From assembly GCA_030264375.1 (NCBI GenBank), contig JASCQW010000139.1:12454708-12518707 (forward strand): a stretch of DNA of 64,000 nucleotides, in the 5' to 3' direction. Below are positions 1-12,618 of the stretch, one piece after another. Source of the DNA: Carcharhinus longimanus. Its lineage: Eukaryota. The number at the start of each line of letters is the position of its first letter. The stretch's first letter is position 1. A program made the translations under genes and the position numbers. Under the pieces are notes generated by a model. That model saw nothing but the letters and a program-made list of their open reading frames with translations. It did not search any database and was not told where the DNA came from.

Positions 1-38
1 TCTGAGTCGGACTACTCACACCATTCAAATGGGCTGAA

Positions 39-56
39 GCGCGCGCGCGCGCGCGC
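39..56. repeat. (GC)9 alternating tract, potential Z-DNA
   Basis: gcgcgcgcgcgcgcgcgc read directly. Confidence 0.9.
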
Positions 57-157
57 TCCAACGGCTGTCAAATTCGGCACCGCCCCACTGCGCAGGCTTG
101 CTCGAGGAAGGGTGGGCGCCAGTCTCGACAGAAGGGCGCGTGCGCGGCAACGGACGG

Positions 158-167
158 GTGACGTCAC
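158..167. promoter_or_regulatory. Full palindromic CRE (CREB/ATF site)
   Basis: GTGACGTCAC contains the consensus TGACGTCA; an extra half-site TGACG lies at 283-287. Confidence 0.7.
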
Positions 168-307
168 GTCGGTTGAGTCTCTGGAGTCCGCTTTGCTCAC
201 TCCCTTCCCCGCACGCAAGCGCGGCGCGGCGAGGGAGTGGACGAATCCCAGGGCGCCTGCTTGAGGTGGCGGAAGGGGACGGTGACGCCGGCGGTAGCGG
301 CGGGTAG

Positions 308-319
308 TGCGCAGGCGCA
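308..319. promoter_or_regulatory. NRF1-type site
   Basis: TGCGCAGGCGCA, one mismatch from TGCGCATGCGCA, inside the CpG island. Confidence 0.6.
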
Positions 320-633
320 GGAAGCTGTAGCAGCAAGAGGCGACGACGAGCGTTGCCCGGTCAGGAAGGAGGGCGCGACAGAGAGAGAGAGAGAGAGAAA
401 AACGGACGATTGATGTGCGCAGCTCAATCTGCGCAGACTCCACACGGCAGCGTAGAGCGAGAGACGGACCCGGGCGAGAGAGAGAGAAAAAACAGTTTGA
501 GCGAAGAAGGTTGGGAGGAGGGGGGGAAAAGGCTGCAATTCTGTTTGACAGCCGTGAAGGGAAAAAAAACCCTCCGGATTCTCGTCTGAATGGTCGCNNN
601 NNNNNNNNNGTATCGAAGGCGACTCTCTTCAGG
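320..633 (+). other. PAFAH1B1: Probable non-coding exon 1 (5' UTR) of PAFAH1B1; start approximate
   Basis: Strong donor AGG|GTGAGT at 633/634 in the CpG island. Vertebrate LIS1 has a non-coding first exon. The TSS cannot be fixed from sequence, and there is a small N gap at 598-609. Confidence 0.6.
380..398 (+). repeat. (AG)n microsatellite in putative 5' UTR
   Basis: agagagagagagagagaga; a shorter tract lies at ~477-487. Confidence 0.85.
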
Positions 634-757
634 GTGAGTTGGCGTAGGTTTGTAATGGCTATGAGGCTGGGCGCTGGAGGGGGGCTGGGGGGGGAGAGAA
701 AAGAGAAGCCGGGGCTTCCTTTCAGATTATGTGGCCGCTGCCTTGCTGTGTGGTAAT

Positions 758-766
758 AAAATGGCG
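758..766 (+). promoter_or_regulatory. YY1 motif at start of intron 1
   Basis: AAAATGGCG matches the YY1 core AANATGGCG, typical just downstream of a TSS. Confidence 0.5.
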
Positions 767-1251
767 CCCGGCCGTTGGTAAAACATTAAAACGGGGGACC
801 TTCAAATGATCCGAGTCTCTGCCGCTGCCTTTTTCTCCTCCCTCTGCGACCTTTTGGGGTGTATTTCAAACGCAGTTCCTCAAAACATCATAAAGTCGCC
901 GACGTGGCCTCTTAAAAGAAACTGATCTCCATTTTTTCTCTCTCTTTTTGTATTTGGTTGGAGTTTGACCCAATTCCTTTCTATGTCGAAAAATGCAGGT
1001 TGGTTTTTTTTTCTCTCTTCCTCCTGCTGTGGCCGACGCCCGGAGTCCAGACACATTAGATCTCAATCCGTTCATTTTCATTAAAAAAAATCTTTAAAAG
1101 TGTGCGCATTAGAATGGATAGGCATACTTGCAGGTTATGAACAGTACTGATGAGTTTGGGTGGAGTGAGAAGAAACAAGATTTTTTTACCGCAGGGTGGA
1201 TCTTGACTTGAGACGCCCAAACGGTGTTATCCAATTATTACGTGCATGTAA

Positions 1252-1282
1252 ATATATATATGTGTGTATATATGTATATATA
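1252..1282. repeat. (TA/TG)n microsatellite
   Basis: atatatatatgtgtgtatatatgtatatata. Confidence 0.8.
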
Positions 1283-2389
1283 AAATCGCTGAACGCTTAA
1301 TTTTGTTTTATGATCTTGAGTGCCTGATGTAATATCTCATGATTTTTTTTCAGCGTTTTAGTTGTCATATTTTCATGGTCGGTGCAGTGCCATGAACCAC
1401 ATGCATCCTGCTTTCTGGTGATGCAGGATTAACATTACGACATTTTTTTTAAACCAGCTGCTTTCTTCATTTGCCAGCTCTACTGGTTCTGCAGAATACT
1501 CATGAACTCTTGACTGTTTATCAATGCTTTTATGATGTGCAGAATCTTAAGCTGGAACTGATTTTGCATTTTCTGGCAGCAATAAAAAAAAGTCAATTTT
1601 CCATTCAATATTTCATAATATCAACACTAGTATATTTTTTGGATGCAAATAATAAGCATCATTTCGTGTTTGTGCAAGTATTATGGTTGCATTTACATCA
1701 TGATCAGCTTGGTGAGAAAGTAGGCAGTTCCAATTGTTAAAACAGGTTTCAAAGAGTTCTATATCTCGGGCCAATTTGACATTTTCGTAACTTGACTATG
1801 GAGAAAGCCCACACATTATCATATCTAATGATAAAATATATATGTAAATTGAGAAAACAATTTAAGATGTAAATTATTGTGTGATTGCTGTCAAAGGAAG
1901 AATAGTAATTCATTATTAAACTTGTGCGTTTTGAAAAAAAATTGGGTGACAAGTTAATTTTTTTCTATTCAAAATAATGTAAACAGGAAGGCTCATTACA
2001 TCACGTCAATTAGTGAATTTGTAGCTTCGGCTGGAATGGATCTTCAACTAAGTGATTTTTTTTTAAATGGCAGAAAATATGGTTGTTAGTATCTAAAAAG
2101 GAGAGAAATTAATGTCAGCTCACCCCCCATACCAAAAGTTATGATGCAAAACCTATATATTCTTTACTGAGATGCTGGCTAAATGCTATGTATTTTCAAC
2201 ATTTTCAGTTTTTGAAAATATTTTTGCTCAAGGGTTTGTTTCTGCTAAGTTTTCACAAGATCTGATCAGAAGGTCCATTTATGTAAATTTAGAAAAAGTG
2301 ATATCCAAATGTTAACATGAAAATCAAAAGTAAGCTCGAATAATTTTATTAGTTCAGATAACCATTCACAATGAAAAAAAATTGTGCAT

Positions 2390-2562
2390 CCTGGGAATTT
2401 GAAATAGTAGAAATAGTTGGCAGGATACATGTAGAGGGAAGCAAAGTTAATACTTCAGGTCTGTGACCTCATCAGAACTTTGATGAAAGTTCACACACAA
2501 ACCTTAAGTGTTATCTCTCTTGATGTTGTGAAGCTGAATATTCCCAGCATTTTCTGTTTTTA
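2390..2562. mobile_element. Decayed Penelope-derived fold-back element
   Basis: Inverted halves centred on tcatcagaac/tttgatgaaag, with end motif gctgaatattcccagcattttctgtttt. Related fragments at ~2130-2210, 10545-10670, 16360-16432, 28635-28745, 43490-43590, 49300-49400. Confidence 0.5.
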
Positions 2563-2750
2563 TTCCGTACATCCTCTCATGTCTATAGTTTTCTATTAAA
2601 TCTGCCTTAATTTTGTTTGGTGCACAATTTTGTTGTCAAATTGTCGAATTCAAAGATTTGCCATATTTTCTATTTAAATCTTTTGTTTATTGAACAGGCC
2701 CAATGTTGTCACATGGAAAATTTAATGGTCCAATATAATAGAACAACAGT

Positions 2751-2913
2751 GCAAAGATGTGCAGGTTAAATGGATTGGCCATGGTAAATTGCCCCTTAGT
2801 GTCGTGGGATTAGCGGGGTAAATACATAGGGTTACGGAATAGAGCCTGGATGGGATTGTTGTCAGTGCAGACTTTATGGGCTGAATGGCCTTCTGCACTG
2901 TAGGGATTCTATA
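2751..2913 (+). mobile_element. HE1-like (V-SINE) 3' half
   Basis: caaagatgtgcaggtt...taaattgccccttagtgtc...gggctgaatggcct...ctgtagggattcta, shared with several other copies in the window. Confidence 0.75.
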
Positions 2914-2914
2914 A

Positions 2915-4705
2915 ATAGTCAGCAGAAGGCAAGATTGGCCCTTTAGATGATGAGATGGGGGTAGCAGGAAATGGGGTAATAGCTGAGGCATGGGACAGGT
3001 ATTTGTCAGTCTTCACAGTGGAAGACACGAATAACATACCAAAAATTGATGACAAGAAGGCGATGGCAGGTGAGGGCCTAGAAGTGATCATTATCACTAA
3101 AGTAGTAGTGTCAGGCAAGCTAATGGAACTAAATGCATCCCAGGGTATTCAGATGGCTGGGGCAGTAGCTAATGCATGTTTTTTTACCAAAATTCACTGG
3201 ACTCTGGGGTGGTTCTGGCAGATTGGAAAACAGCAAACATGACATGATTATTTAAAAAAGGCAGCTTCAGTTGAGTCACGTCAGTTGAGGTGTGTAACTA
3301 TAGGCTGGTTAACTTAACTTCTGTACTAGGAAAAATGTTTGAACCTATCTTTAAGGAAGAAATAGCAAGACATCTGGAAAGAAATTCTCATTGGGAAGAA
3401 ACAGCATAGGTTAATGAAAGGCATGTCATGTTTAACTAATTTGTAAAAATTCTTTGAGGACGTTACGAGTGCGGTGAACAGTGGGGGAACCCGTGGACGT
3501 GGTGTAACTGGATTTCTAGAAGGCATTTGATGAGGTGCCACACCAAAGGCTGCTGCATCAGATAAAGGTGCACAGTGTTACGGGTAATGTATTAGCATGG
3601 ATTGAGGATTGGTTAACTAAGCAAAGAGGAGGGATAAATGGGTGTTTTTCTGGTTGGCGATCAGTGACTACTGATGTGCTTCAGGAATCAGTGTTGGGAC
3701 CAGAATTGTTTACAATTTATATAAATTACTTGGAGTTGGGGACCAAGTGTGTGTCAAAATTTGCAGATGACAGGAAGATGAATGGTAGAGCAAAGTGTGT
3801 AAAGGACACTAAACGCCTGCAAAGGGATATAGATAACTGGGCGAGAGTCTGGCAGATGGAGTGCAGTGCTGGTAAATGTGAGGTCATCTGTTTTGGTAAG
3901 GATGACAGAACAGACTATTAAATGTTAAATTGCAGCATGCTGCTGTGCAAAGGGTCCTGGGGTCCTTGTGCATGAATTTCAAAAAGTTGGTTTGCAGGTG
4001 CAGCAGGTAATTAAGAAGGCAGATGGAATTTTGTCCTTTGTTGTTAGAGGGATGGAGTTTAAAAACAGCAAGTTTATGTTGCAGCTGTATAAGATGCTGA
4101 TGAGGCCACACCTGGAGTACCGTGTACAGTTTTGGTTTCCTTGAAACAGGATATACTGGCACTGGAGGAAGTGCAGAGGAGATTCACTAGGTTGATTCTG
4201 AAGTTGAGAGGATTGGCTGATGAGGAGAGACTGAGTAGACTGGGGCTATACTCATTGGAATTCAGAAGAATGGGGGGAGGTCTAATAGTAAACTGGGACT
4301 GTACACATTTGAATTCAGAAGAATGAGGGGAGAAGAATGAGAATGTGAAAATTATGAAGGAAATAGATGAGATAGAAGCAGGGAGGTTGTTTCTACTGGC
4401 AGGTGAAACTAGAACTGGGGGCATTGCCTCAAAATAAGGGGAAGCAGATTTAGGACTGAGTTGAGGAGAAACCTCTTCACCCAAAGAGTTGTGAATCCGC
4501 CCAGCCCAGTGAAACAGTTGTGGCTACTTTGTTAAATGTTTTTTGAGGCAAAGATAGATTTTTGAACAGTAAAGGAACTAAGGATAGTAGTGAGCTGGCA
4601 GGTAAGTGAAGCTGAGTCTATGAAAAGATCAGCTATTATCTTGAATGGTGGAACAGGATCGAGCGGCCAGATTGCCTACTCCTGCTCCTATATCTTGTGT
4701 CCTGA
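2915..4705 (+). mobile_element. CR1 LINE, 5'-truncated, decayed ORF2 (RT) plus 3' UTR
   Basis: Broken frames encode KAFDEVPHQRLL, WIEDWL, QESVLGPELFTIYIN, SKFADD and [12 protein letters not shown]; ends in cctactcctgctcctatatctt. Confidence 0.92.
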
Positions 4706-4738
4706 TTGCTGTCTGCCTTGTCTGTTCTGGACACGTAG

Positions 4739-4997
4739 CGCGGCATGGTGGCACAGTGGTTAGCACTGCTACCTCATAGCACCAGAGACCTGAGTTCAAT
4801 TCCCAGTTTGGGTCACTGCAAAGTTCGTGAGCTTTCCCTGTATTTGAATAGGTTTCCTCCCACAGTCTGAAAGACATGCTGGCTAAGTGCATTGATCGTG
4901 ATAAATTCTCCCTCAGTGCGCCAAACAGGTGCTGGAGTGCAGTGACTAAGGGATTTTCTGAGTAATTTCATTGCAGTGTTAATGTAAGCTTAAGTGA
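4739..4997 (+). mobile_element. tRNA-derived SINE (HE1-like head, different tail)
   Basis: Box A GTGGCACAGTGG and box B GAGTTCAATTCC; tail ggattttctgagtaatttcattgcagtgttaatgtaagc also seen at 55810-55870. Confidence 0.75.
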
Positions 4998-5464
4998 CGA
5001 ATTGCAAAAATCTCTGAAGAATGCAAAATACATTTTTAAATTTGAATTTTCCGTTACAATGATTCTGCAATCTTTTGGCATTGAAGTTTCAAATGGCCCA
5101 CTGAGCTCATAGGCCTAATTTTAGCTTGGAGAGCCTGACCAGTGCCTTTCTGAAAGCCTGTCAATTGATTAGTACTGTCAACATTTAAAAAGAAGTTTTT
5201 TCCACATCTTCACTTTTAATATTTAGTCAAAACAAAATTACAGTACATCAGAAATTTTTATGCTTCATTTTTGCTGCAAAATACAAATCATAACTTTATG
5301 CATTTGTCAGTTCCTACTGTAGTAGATTTCAGGTTTAACTATACTCAATTAATAGAAATTAATTGTAAATACTAATGTGCTAAGCATATAGTGAGCTATT
5401 CGGTATGATTTTACCTTATTTAATAGCAATATATTGTTCTGTTTCTATTTTAAAACATTTTGCA

Positions 5465-5818
5465 TTTTTTAAATTCTTTCATGGGATATGGGCATTGCTG
5501 GCAAAGCTAGATTTGTTGCCCAGCGTGAATTGCCTTTGAACTGAGTGACTTTCTGCGCTATTTCTGTGGAGTCACTTGCATCTGGAGTCACATGTAAGCC
5601 AGACCAGGTACGGATGACAGATTTCCTTTCCGAAAGGCTATTAATGGTTTGTAAGGCAATTGATAGTTCCATGGTCACCATTACTGAGACTAGCTTTCAA
5701 TTCCTGATTTTATTTGAATTTAAATTCCATCTGCTATGGTGGGAGTTGAACTTTGTCCCCAGAACATTGACTTCTGGATCACTAGTTCAGTGAAACTACC
5801 ACTATGATACTATCTTCC
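5465..5818 (-). mobile_element. tRNA-derived SINE sharing its 3' tail with a second CR1-like LINE family
   Basis: Minus strand: tRNA-like head (atagtggtagtttcactgaactagtgatccagaag...gttcaactccc), body ...cttacatgtgactccaga..., and tail gcccatatcccatgaaagaattt matching the LINE ends at 20850 and 51165. Confidence 0.65.
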
Positions 5819-7184
5819 TTAAGCTGATAAAGGAATCTAGTGTATAAGAAGCATTTTTACACTTGAACAACTTTGTCTATTTTGTGTTTTTCATATTTCC
5901 TCATTACACTAATAATTTGCAATTTTTTCCTTCAAAATGAAATAGTTTATTTTATTGTTTCAAAATGGATGCAACACAGGATGAAAGGGGAGACTGGTAT
6001 CGGTCAGTTTTTCGAGTCTAAATCCATAGCATATAACTAGCCTCTGTACACCATTGGAAATCTTTCCATTGTGTCTGAGCACAAGAAAAACAGTTAAAGC
6101 ATTTTCACTTCAGTTCTCTGTTCATCAGAACAGTGTTTATGTAATTGCCAGATTGTGCTTTTTGTTAGTAAAGGTAACAAGGGATATGGGACAAAGCTGG
6201 GCAGTTGGAGTTGAGATACAGATCAAGCTTAAACTAATTGAATGACTGAATTGCTTAAGGGGCTGAATGGCCTGCTACAATTCCTAGGTTTTCTAACAAC
6301 GCATCCATCTGTGAATGGATATCAAGTTCACAGAAAAGGGGAATTGATAGACAATTGTTAATGTACAAATTATGAATGTTAGTAAAATGGTAAAATCCCT
6401 TGGATACACTGGCACATTTACTAAACATAGGAGGTTTACTAAACATTTCCAGGGACAGATCAGGATTTGAAATTAACACCCATATGTTATCTAGTCAAGA
6501 TTGCAGTAGTTTTATAAACTGTGAAAGGGAGCATGATTGATTTGACAGATTGGTAAATGTATTCCATTGTCACACGTCATCCATGACACTTCCATCTTCA
6601 TAAAGATTGTGCACTATTTCATTAGTCATATTTGTCTGTACAATACATTGAATTTCTCCCCATCTATGTAACCCACTCCAGCTCTACAATTGTCTGAGGT
6701 ATTGGTACTTTCCCAGGTCTGATCTGTGCACATCTGATTCCCATATCCCCACGATTGGCAACCAGGCGTTCAGCATAGAGGTTTGCTTTCATTCCTTGTC
6801 TCCCTCCATCTTTAAGTTGCTCTTTCTTTAAATATCTGTCTTGTTCTTCCCTTGGCTTAATGTCTTTTTTAATTGCCTTGTGATTTACAGTGTTGAAGGT
6901 AATATACAAACTGTTCATAGTTAACCAGTGCATTTTCTTAGTCCACACCAGATTGTTGTCAGCCACTTGTCCTGTTTAAATTTTATGCCTCAGTGGTAAA
7001 TTTTGCCAGTTATATTTGTTAGATTCAGTGTCCACTGTCTGAATCCAGAATTGGACTTGAGAACCTGCCTGGGGTAATCTGTTAAACTCTTTCTCTGCTG
7101 CCTCAACTTTTCATGGAACAATTGTTACATAGGTTTTCTCTGAAATAATGTGCCTTTTCTCTCTTCATGGGTAAGTCAAAATAT

Positions 7185-8182
7185 TAGGCAATCAGTGACT
7201 AGTGGTGTGCCTCAGGGATCAGTGTTGGGACTGCAATTGTTTACAATTTACATAGATGATTTGGAGTNNNNNNNNNNNNNNNNNNNNNNNNNNNNNNNNN
7301 NNNNNNNNNNNNNNNNNNNNNNNNNNNNNNNNNNNNNNNNNNNNNNNNNNNNNNNNNNNNNNNNNNNNNNNNNNNNNNNNNNNNNNNNNNNNNNNNNNNN
7401 NNNNNNNNNNNNNNNNNNNNNNNNNNNNNNNNNNNNNNNNNNNNNNNNNNNNNNNNNNNNNNNNNNNNNNNNNNNNNNNNNNNNNNNNNNNNNNNNNNNN
7501 NNNNNNNNNNNNNNNNNNNNNNNNNNNNNNNNNNNNNNNNNNNNNNNNNNNNNNNNNNNNNNNNNNNNNNNNNNNNNNNNNNNNNNNNNNNNNNNNNNNN
7601 NNNNNNNNNNNNNNNNNNNNNNNNNNNNNNNNNNNNNNNNNNNNNNNNNNNNNNNNNNNNNNNNNNNNNNNNNNNNNNNNNNNNNNNNNNNNNNNNNNNN
7701 NNNNNNNNNNNNNNNNNNNNNNNNNNNNNNNNNNNNNNNNNNNNNNNNNNNNNNNNNNNNNNNNNNNNNNNNNNNNNNNNNNNNNNNNNNNNNNNNNNNN
7801 NNNNNNNTAGAAACATAAGATTATGAAGGGAATAGATAAGATAGAAGCAGGGAAGTTGTTTCTACTGGTCGTTGGAACTAGAATAGGGGGCATAGCGTCA
7901 AACTAAGGGAAAGTAGATATAGGACTGAGGTGAGGAGGAACTTAACACAAAGGGTTACAAATTTTTGGAATTCCCTGCCCAATGAAGCAGTTGAGGCTAC
8001 CTCATTGAATATCTTTAAGGCAAGGATAGTTAAATTTTTGAACAGTGTAGGAATTAAGGGTTATGGTGAGCGGGCGAATAAGTGGACCTGAGTCCACGAA
8101 AAGATCAGCCATGACTTTATTGAATGGCAGAGCAGGCTCAAGGGGCCAGATGGCTTCCTCTTGTTCCTAGTTCTTATGTTAT
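7185..8182 (+). mobile_element. CR1 LINE 3' fragment spanning an assembly gap
   Basis: VTSGVPQGSVLGLQLFTIYIDDL before the gap; the 3' UTR after it matches the 4350-4700 copy. Confidence 0.9.
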
Positions 8183-8734
8183 TTTCAGCATTATATGTGA
8201 CAATATGGCTTTAACTGGTGTCCTTTACCCTTTAGTTTTCTCCCCTTCCCCCATGAGATTCCTGAATACTGCCATGCAAAACATTGGCACAAAGTTGGAC
8301 TTGGCGGTTCTGTGTGAATGACTATTTACGTAACCTCTGGGTATTTGCTATGTGTCAATAAGGCATTATGGGGCATGTTTTGCTTCCCTGTTTCTTGATT
8401 TAGGAATGAAAAGTTGGTAATAGCCCCTATTCAAGATGGCGAGCACATGATGTAACGATTATGGTTTTTAGTGAATCATAATGCAACTGATTTTCAAACA
8501 AATATGCAAAATAGTAGATGGGGATCCATCATGTAACCTGGCACAGAATCTTGAATTGATTTGGTTTGTTGATACTGATTTTACAGCTCTTTCTGCTGCT
8601 TAATGCTCACTTACTGCTGGAGTTTCATGCAGTACAGTAGTTCAGAATTCTAGAAATATTTTGCAATGTCCCATGAGCAGAGCAAGTTGTTACATGAAAT
8701 TAAAAGTGCTACCAAGTCTTTCCAATGGATATTG

Positions 8735-9090
8735 AATACAGTGTAAAATTTCAAAATTTGCCAATGATACCAAACTAGACTTAATCAGTTGGTTGCAGCA
8801 GGAGATAAAAGAGCTATCAATATGGTCAGATAAATGAGAGATCGAATTTAACATACAAGTTGGCCAAGATATAGGGAAAGGCAGGGTGGCAGGACATTTT
8901 GGAGAATTGTTAGCAAGAAATATGGGACCTTGGGCTTAAGAGGTATTGTGCAAAAAAAGGCGGGGAAGTTGAACTCTTAAATCTCTGGGCCGCAACTTGA
9001 GTATTATATTCAGTTCTGATCACCCCACTTTAGGAACGGTGAGGTTCGTTGAGTGGACGCAGAGGAGATCTATCAGAATGGTTGCATAAT
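8735..9090 (+). mobile_element. Highly decayed CR1 RT fragment
   Basis: aaaatttgccaatgataccaaact (KFADDTK-like) and caacttgagtattatattcagttctgatcaccccactttagg ([11 protein letters not shown]-like). Confidence 0.6.
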
Positions 9091-11785
9091 TCCATGACTC
9101 CACAATTGTTATGAGAGATTTTTGAAACCACTATCTATTAATTTCAGTGTGTTGAAAATGGGAGAAAAGTTGCAAAAGCAATAATAGTTCTGGGAAGAAA
9201 AATCAATTGTTGATATATTGGATAAGCTTGTAGTCTGTCAGGACACCAGTAATTAACCTATCTTAATACCTACCAGTATTAACCTATAAGGGATTGAACA
9301 TCCATGGTTTACTTGAACAGCTCAGAAATCACGTTTTAAACTGCCAATAAATAGAGGTTGATCTTACGGATTTATTTTCTTTTTGTATCTTTTGAAAGAT
9401 ATCATTTGAATGACACATTAAAGTGAAATATAAAAAAAATCCTGTGAAAAGTAAATAAAAGTTGTAATCATCTGTTAGTTTTTGTTTTCAAAATAATATG
9501 GATTGAGTTCATGAAGATGTGTTTGATGGTGAGACCAACCGTGTGCAAGAACCAATTTAAACTGCCAGGAAGGGAGAATTTAGAACCATGGCAATGAGTC
9601 ATTTTGTAACTGATTCGGTATTTTGTATAAAAGCCAATAATTTTCATGTGCATCATCTCTTGAAGATAATGGGGTATACCACCTATATCAGGATACCACC
9701 TATCCTGTTTGAATCTAGACCAAGATGCTGAGTGTCAATTAAGTGCTCAATCATGGCAGCTTTGAGATGAGCTTGATGCTACCTCCATCTGATACTTATA
9801 AACATGCAGAGCACTAGTCACTGAATACTAATGAGCATTACATGAAACAACTTGAAACTTGCCTGTCAGCAAGTGAATTCTTTGCTTTTGAAGTTGGGTG
9901 GGTACAAATTAAAGCTTTCAAAGGAACATTTGGTGCTATGGCTCTAATTAAATTGGCATAAATTTGATATTGGAGTTTTTAGTGTATTGGTTAATGTTAA
10001 AATATTCTGATCTTTGGCTGTTATTGAGAGGCATGCTTGCTTCTGCAGACATAGTACACAAGAGTAGTTTTTCCTTCCTTTGGATATCTATGGCACCAGA
10101 AACTGCTACAAGATATTTGTAGCTAAGTTGAGTACTTAGTCTGTATTTCAAAAATATGATTTTCTAATTATCTTTGTAGATCATTCTCCATGAAGCTTGC
10201 GGCTGGTACATGAGACGTAAATAGGCCCTGTTTGAGTTGCCAACAGTGCTCAATTTGATTAAGGGTAGGGATGGAATAGATTCTGCTGTTGGAGCTGCAA
10301 CAGGCTGAATAACCTACCTCAAATAAAAACAGTATTGCAGTAGTAATCATCTTGAGAGTTTAGAGGCCATTTGTAAGAAGTGAATTTTATTGCACGTTAA
10401 TATGCCAGTATTTTACAAATCATTCTTGAAAATAGTGTTTTATATCTCTGCTTATAAAATGACTTTTATTAATTGTAAGTACTCTTAATTAATTATACCT
10501 CAATTGGTTATACCTACCCAAGTGATTTGGATAATTTACATAAAAGTAAAGTACTGCAGCTGCTGGAAATCTGAATTTGAAGCAAAAATGTTTAAAAATC
10601 CGTCTTGGCATTTGTGGAGAGAAAGAGTTAATGTTTTGAAGAATCATATTCAACTCAATGTTATCTCTAACTTAGATATTTATTTCACTTAGAAACTGTT
10701 AAATCTAAAAAGATGACAAAGATAGTTGCTGTAAAATTTGAAAGAATGGCTCATTTCCCAGCAGTTTGGTGAAACTGATCAAAATTAATGGGTAATGGAT
10801 TTCCTGAATAACTTTCTCTAAGACCTGCAGGAATTATACCTAAAAACATGGAGTTGTGTAATGACTGGCAAAATCATGATCTTGCTAATTTTACAAGGGT
10901 GAAATGTTTAATTTTCTACTTATAACACTAAGCAAATTGACAATTTGCTATAATATTGTACAATAGTTGATTTTGTTCAGAAGCTGTTTGCATGTGACAT
11001 TTTTGTTTTGTCATCCTGTCTCTTTTAAATGTAATGTTCTATCAGTACCAGATCTATAGGATTCTCTCTAAGTAGTCATTCTTTGTGTGAACAATGATGA
11101 TGAATGTCAATCATTGGACCAAATTAAATGCAGTACTGAACCTGGATATTGTGAGCTTTTCAGCAGAAATTGTTGAGTAATAACTGGGACTGAGCCATTG
11201 GCCCCTCAAGGGCAGTGAAACGCCAATTATAGTGCCCCGCTTAATGTCAAGATCAACCAATGCAATTTGAAAGTCAGTATGAGGAGATCTTATTAGTTGT
11301 AACTCCCAACTAAGAATTTAACTTCGGCACAAATGCAAATATATAAAAACTTCCTTAATTTTGTCATTGTAGAAAACAACTGGGGATATTTTCAAACGTC
11401 CAGAAAATAGTGCTGTTCTTTGCAGAGGTTTGATGATTTCTCCATTAACACCATTTTATGTTACTTAAAATTTCTCTTCAGACATTGATCTTTTTCACAT
11501 TTGCTGGGAATATATATCTCGAGCACACCGTAAATTGGATTTTATATGGTGAAATGTGAGTTTGATTAGCAGTTCCTGTGACTACAAAACATTGCTGTCT
11601 GTCTGCTTCTTGTGTTGTAAATAATAGGTTCAACTTGTAGTTTTGTGCTTTGAAACTAGAAAAAATCAGTTGTAACTTTTCAGAAGGTAAGGCTTGGAGG
11701 AATTTTATCCTTAATTCCTTAAAGTTTCTTGTATACAACTTATCCAGTCAGAGATTTATTTGCTTGAGATTTTTCACAGCTGTTT

Positions 11786-12030
11786 ACATAAGAACATAAG
11801 AAATAGGAGCAGGAGTAGGCCATCTGGCCCTTCGAGCCTGCCCCGCCATTCAANNNNNNNNNNNNNNNNNNNNNNNNNNNNNNNNNNNNNNNNNNNNNNN
11901 NNNNNNNNNNNNNNNNNNNNNNNNNNNNNNNNNNNNNNNNNNNNNNNNNNNNNTCATCATCTTATACGTCTCAATGAGATCTCCCCTCATTCTTCTAAAT
12001 TCTAACGAGTACAAGCCTAGTTTATTCAGC
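11786..12030 (-). mobile_element. Young CR1 3' end with gap
   Basis: acataagaacataagaaataggagcaggagtaggccatc tail; LGLYSLEFRRMRGDLIETYK after the gap. Confidence 0.88.
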
Positions 12031-12344
12031 AATTGGCAATCGGCTGGTAGTGATGAGAATTGTCGTAACTTTGGCTCTGCAATATCTGCTAATTCCCTAT
12101 CTGTATCATCTAAGTTGTTATCTGCTGTCTCATTAAATACTGAAGCAACAATCTTATTTTGCTCCCTGTAGAGTCAACTTTCACACACCTAATCCTACTA
12201 CCAGTGGCCCCACTCTATTCATCACCTTCCTTCTAATGCAAGTTAATGATCTTGCCATCTTTCACTGCATTCCATTTTCAATTCAGAAAATCATCTTTGC
12301 TATTTTAATGCCTTATTTTCACTCCTGGCATGCCTTTTGATATT

Positions 12345-12618
12345 GAAACTGTCTTAGTTGGGGAACATCTAGAACTAGGGAACACAACTGTAAAAACCTA
12401 GGAGTCTTCCATTTAAGATTGAGATAAGAATTTTTTTTCTGCTTTCACATAGGTTAGTTCATCAAATATACTCGGGACTGAGTTGGATCTTTGAAGTTAT
12501 CAGGGAGCTGTCACAAAAATGGAGTTAAGGTCTCAATTAGCTAAGCCATGATCTTATCAAATGGCTGAGCAAGCTTGAGGTGCCAAAGGACTGACCCCCA
12601 AATTCTTACATTCTTAGT
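12345..12618 (+). mobile_element. Decayed CR1 3' UTR
   Basis: tctagaactagggaacac...catttaagattgagat...agccatgatcttatcaaatggctgagcaagcttgag. Confidence 0.6.

Larger units (their letters stand above)
1..910. promoter_or_regulatory. PAFAH1B1: CpG island / promoter of PAFAH1B1
   Basis: Very GC- and CpG-rich against an AT-rich, CpG-depleted background. It lies upstream of the LIS1 exons and contains CRE, NRF1, GC-box and YY1 motifs. Confidence 0.85.

Noticed and set aside
12-756. Several overlapping 69-143 aa ORFs in the CpG island
   Set aside because: Low-complexity Arg/Pro/Gly/Ser translations are expected by chance in GC-rich DNA, and no domain is recognisable. The ATG at 415 might be a uORF, but the N gap prevents assigning its frame.
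4739-4812. tRNA-like sequences with A and B boxes (also 30440-30518, 45930-45990, 55420-55492)
   Set aside because: They are SINE heads continuing into SINE bodies, with no complete cloverleaf.
7150-7893. Long ORFs of 180-224 aa (also at 13888-14629 and 51466-51883)
   Set aside because: They are artefacts of translating through N runs.
9675-9705. Short tandem duplication (ataccacctat twice; similar taccagta-ttaacctat at ~9245-9290)
   Set aside because: Ordinary slippage duplications; no array or spacer structure, so not CRISPR-like.
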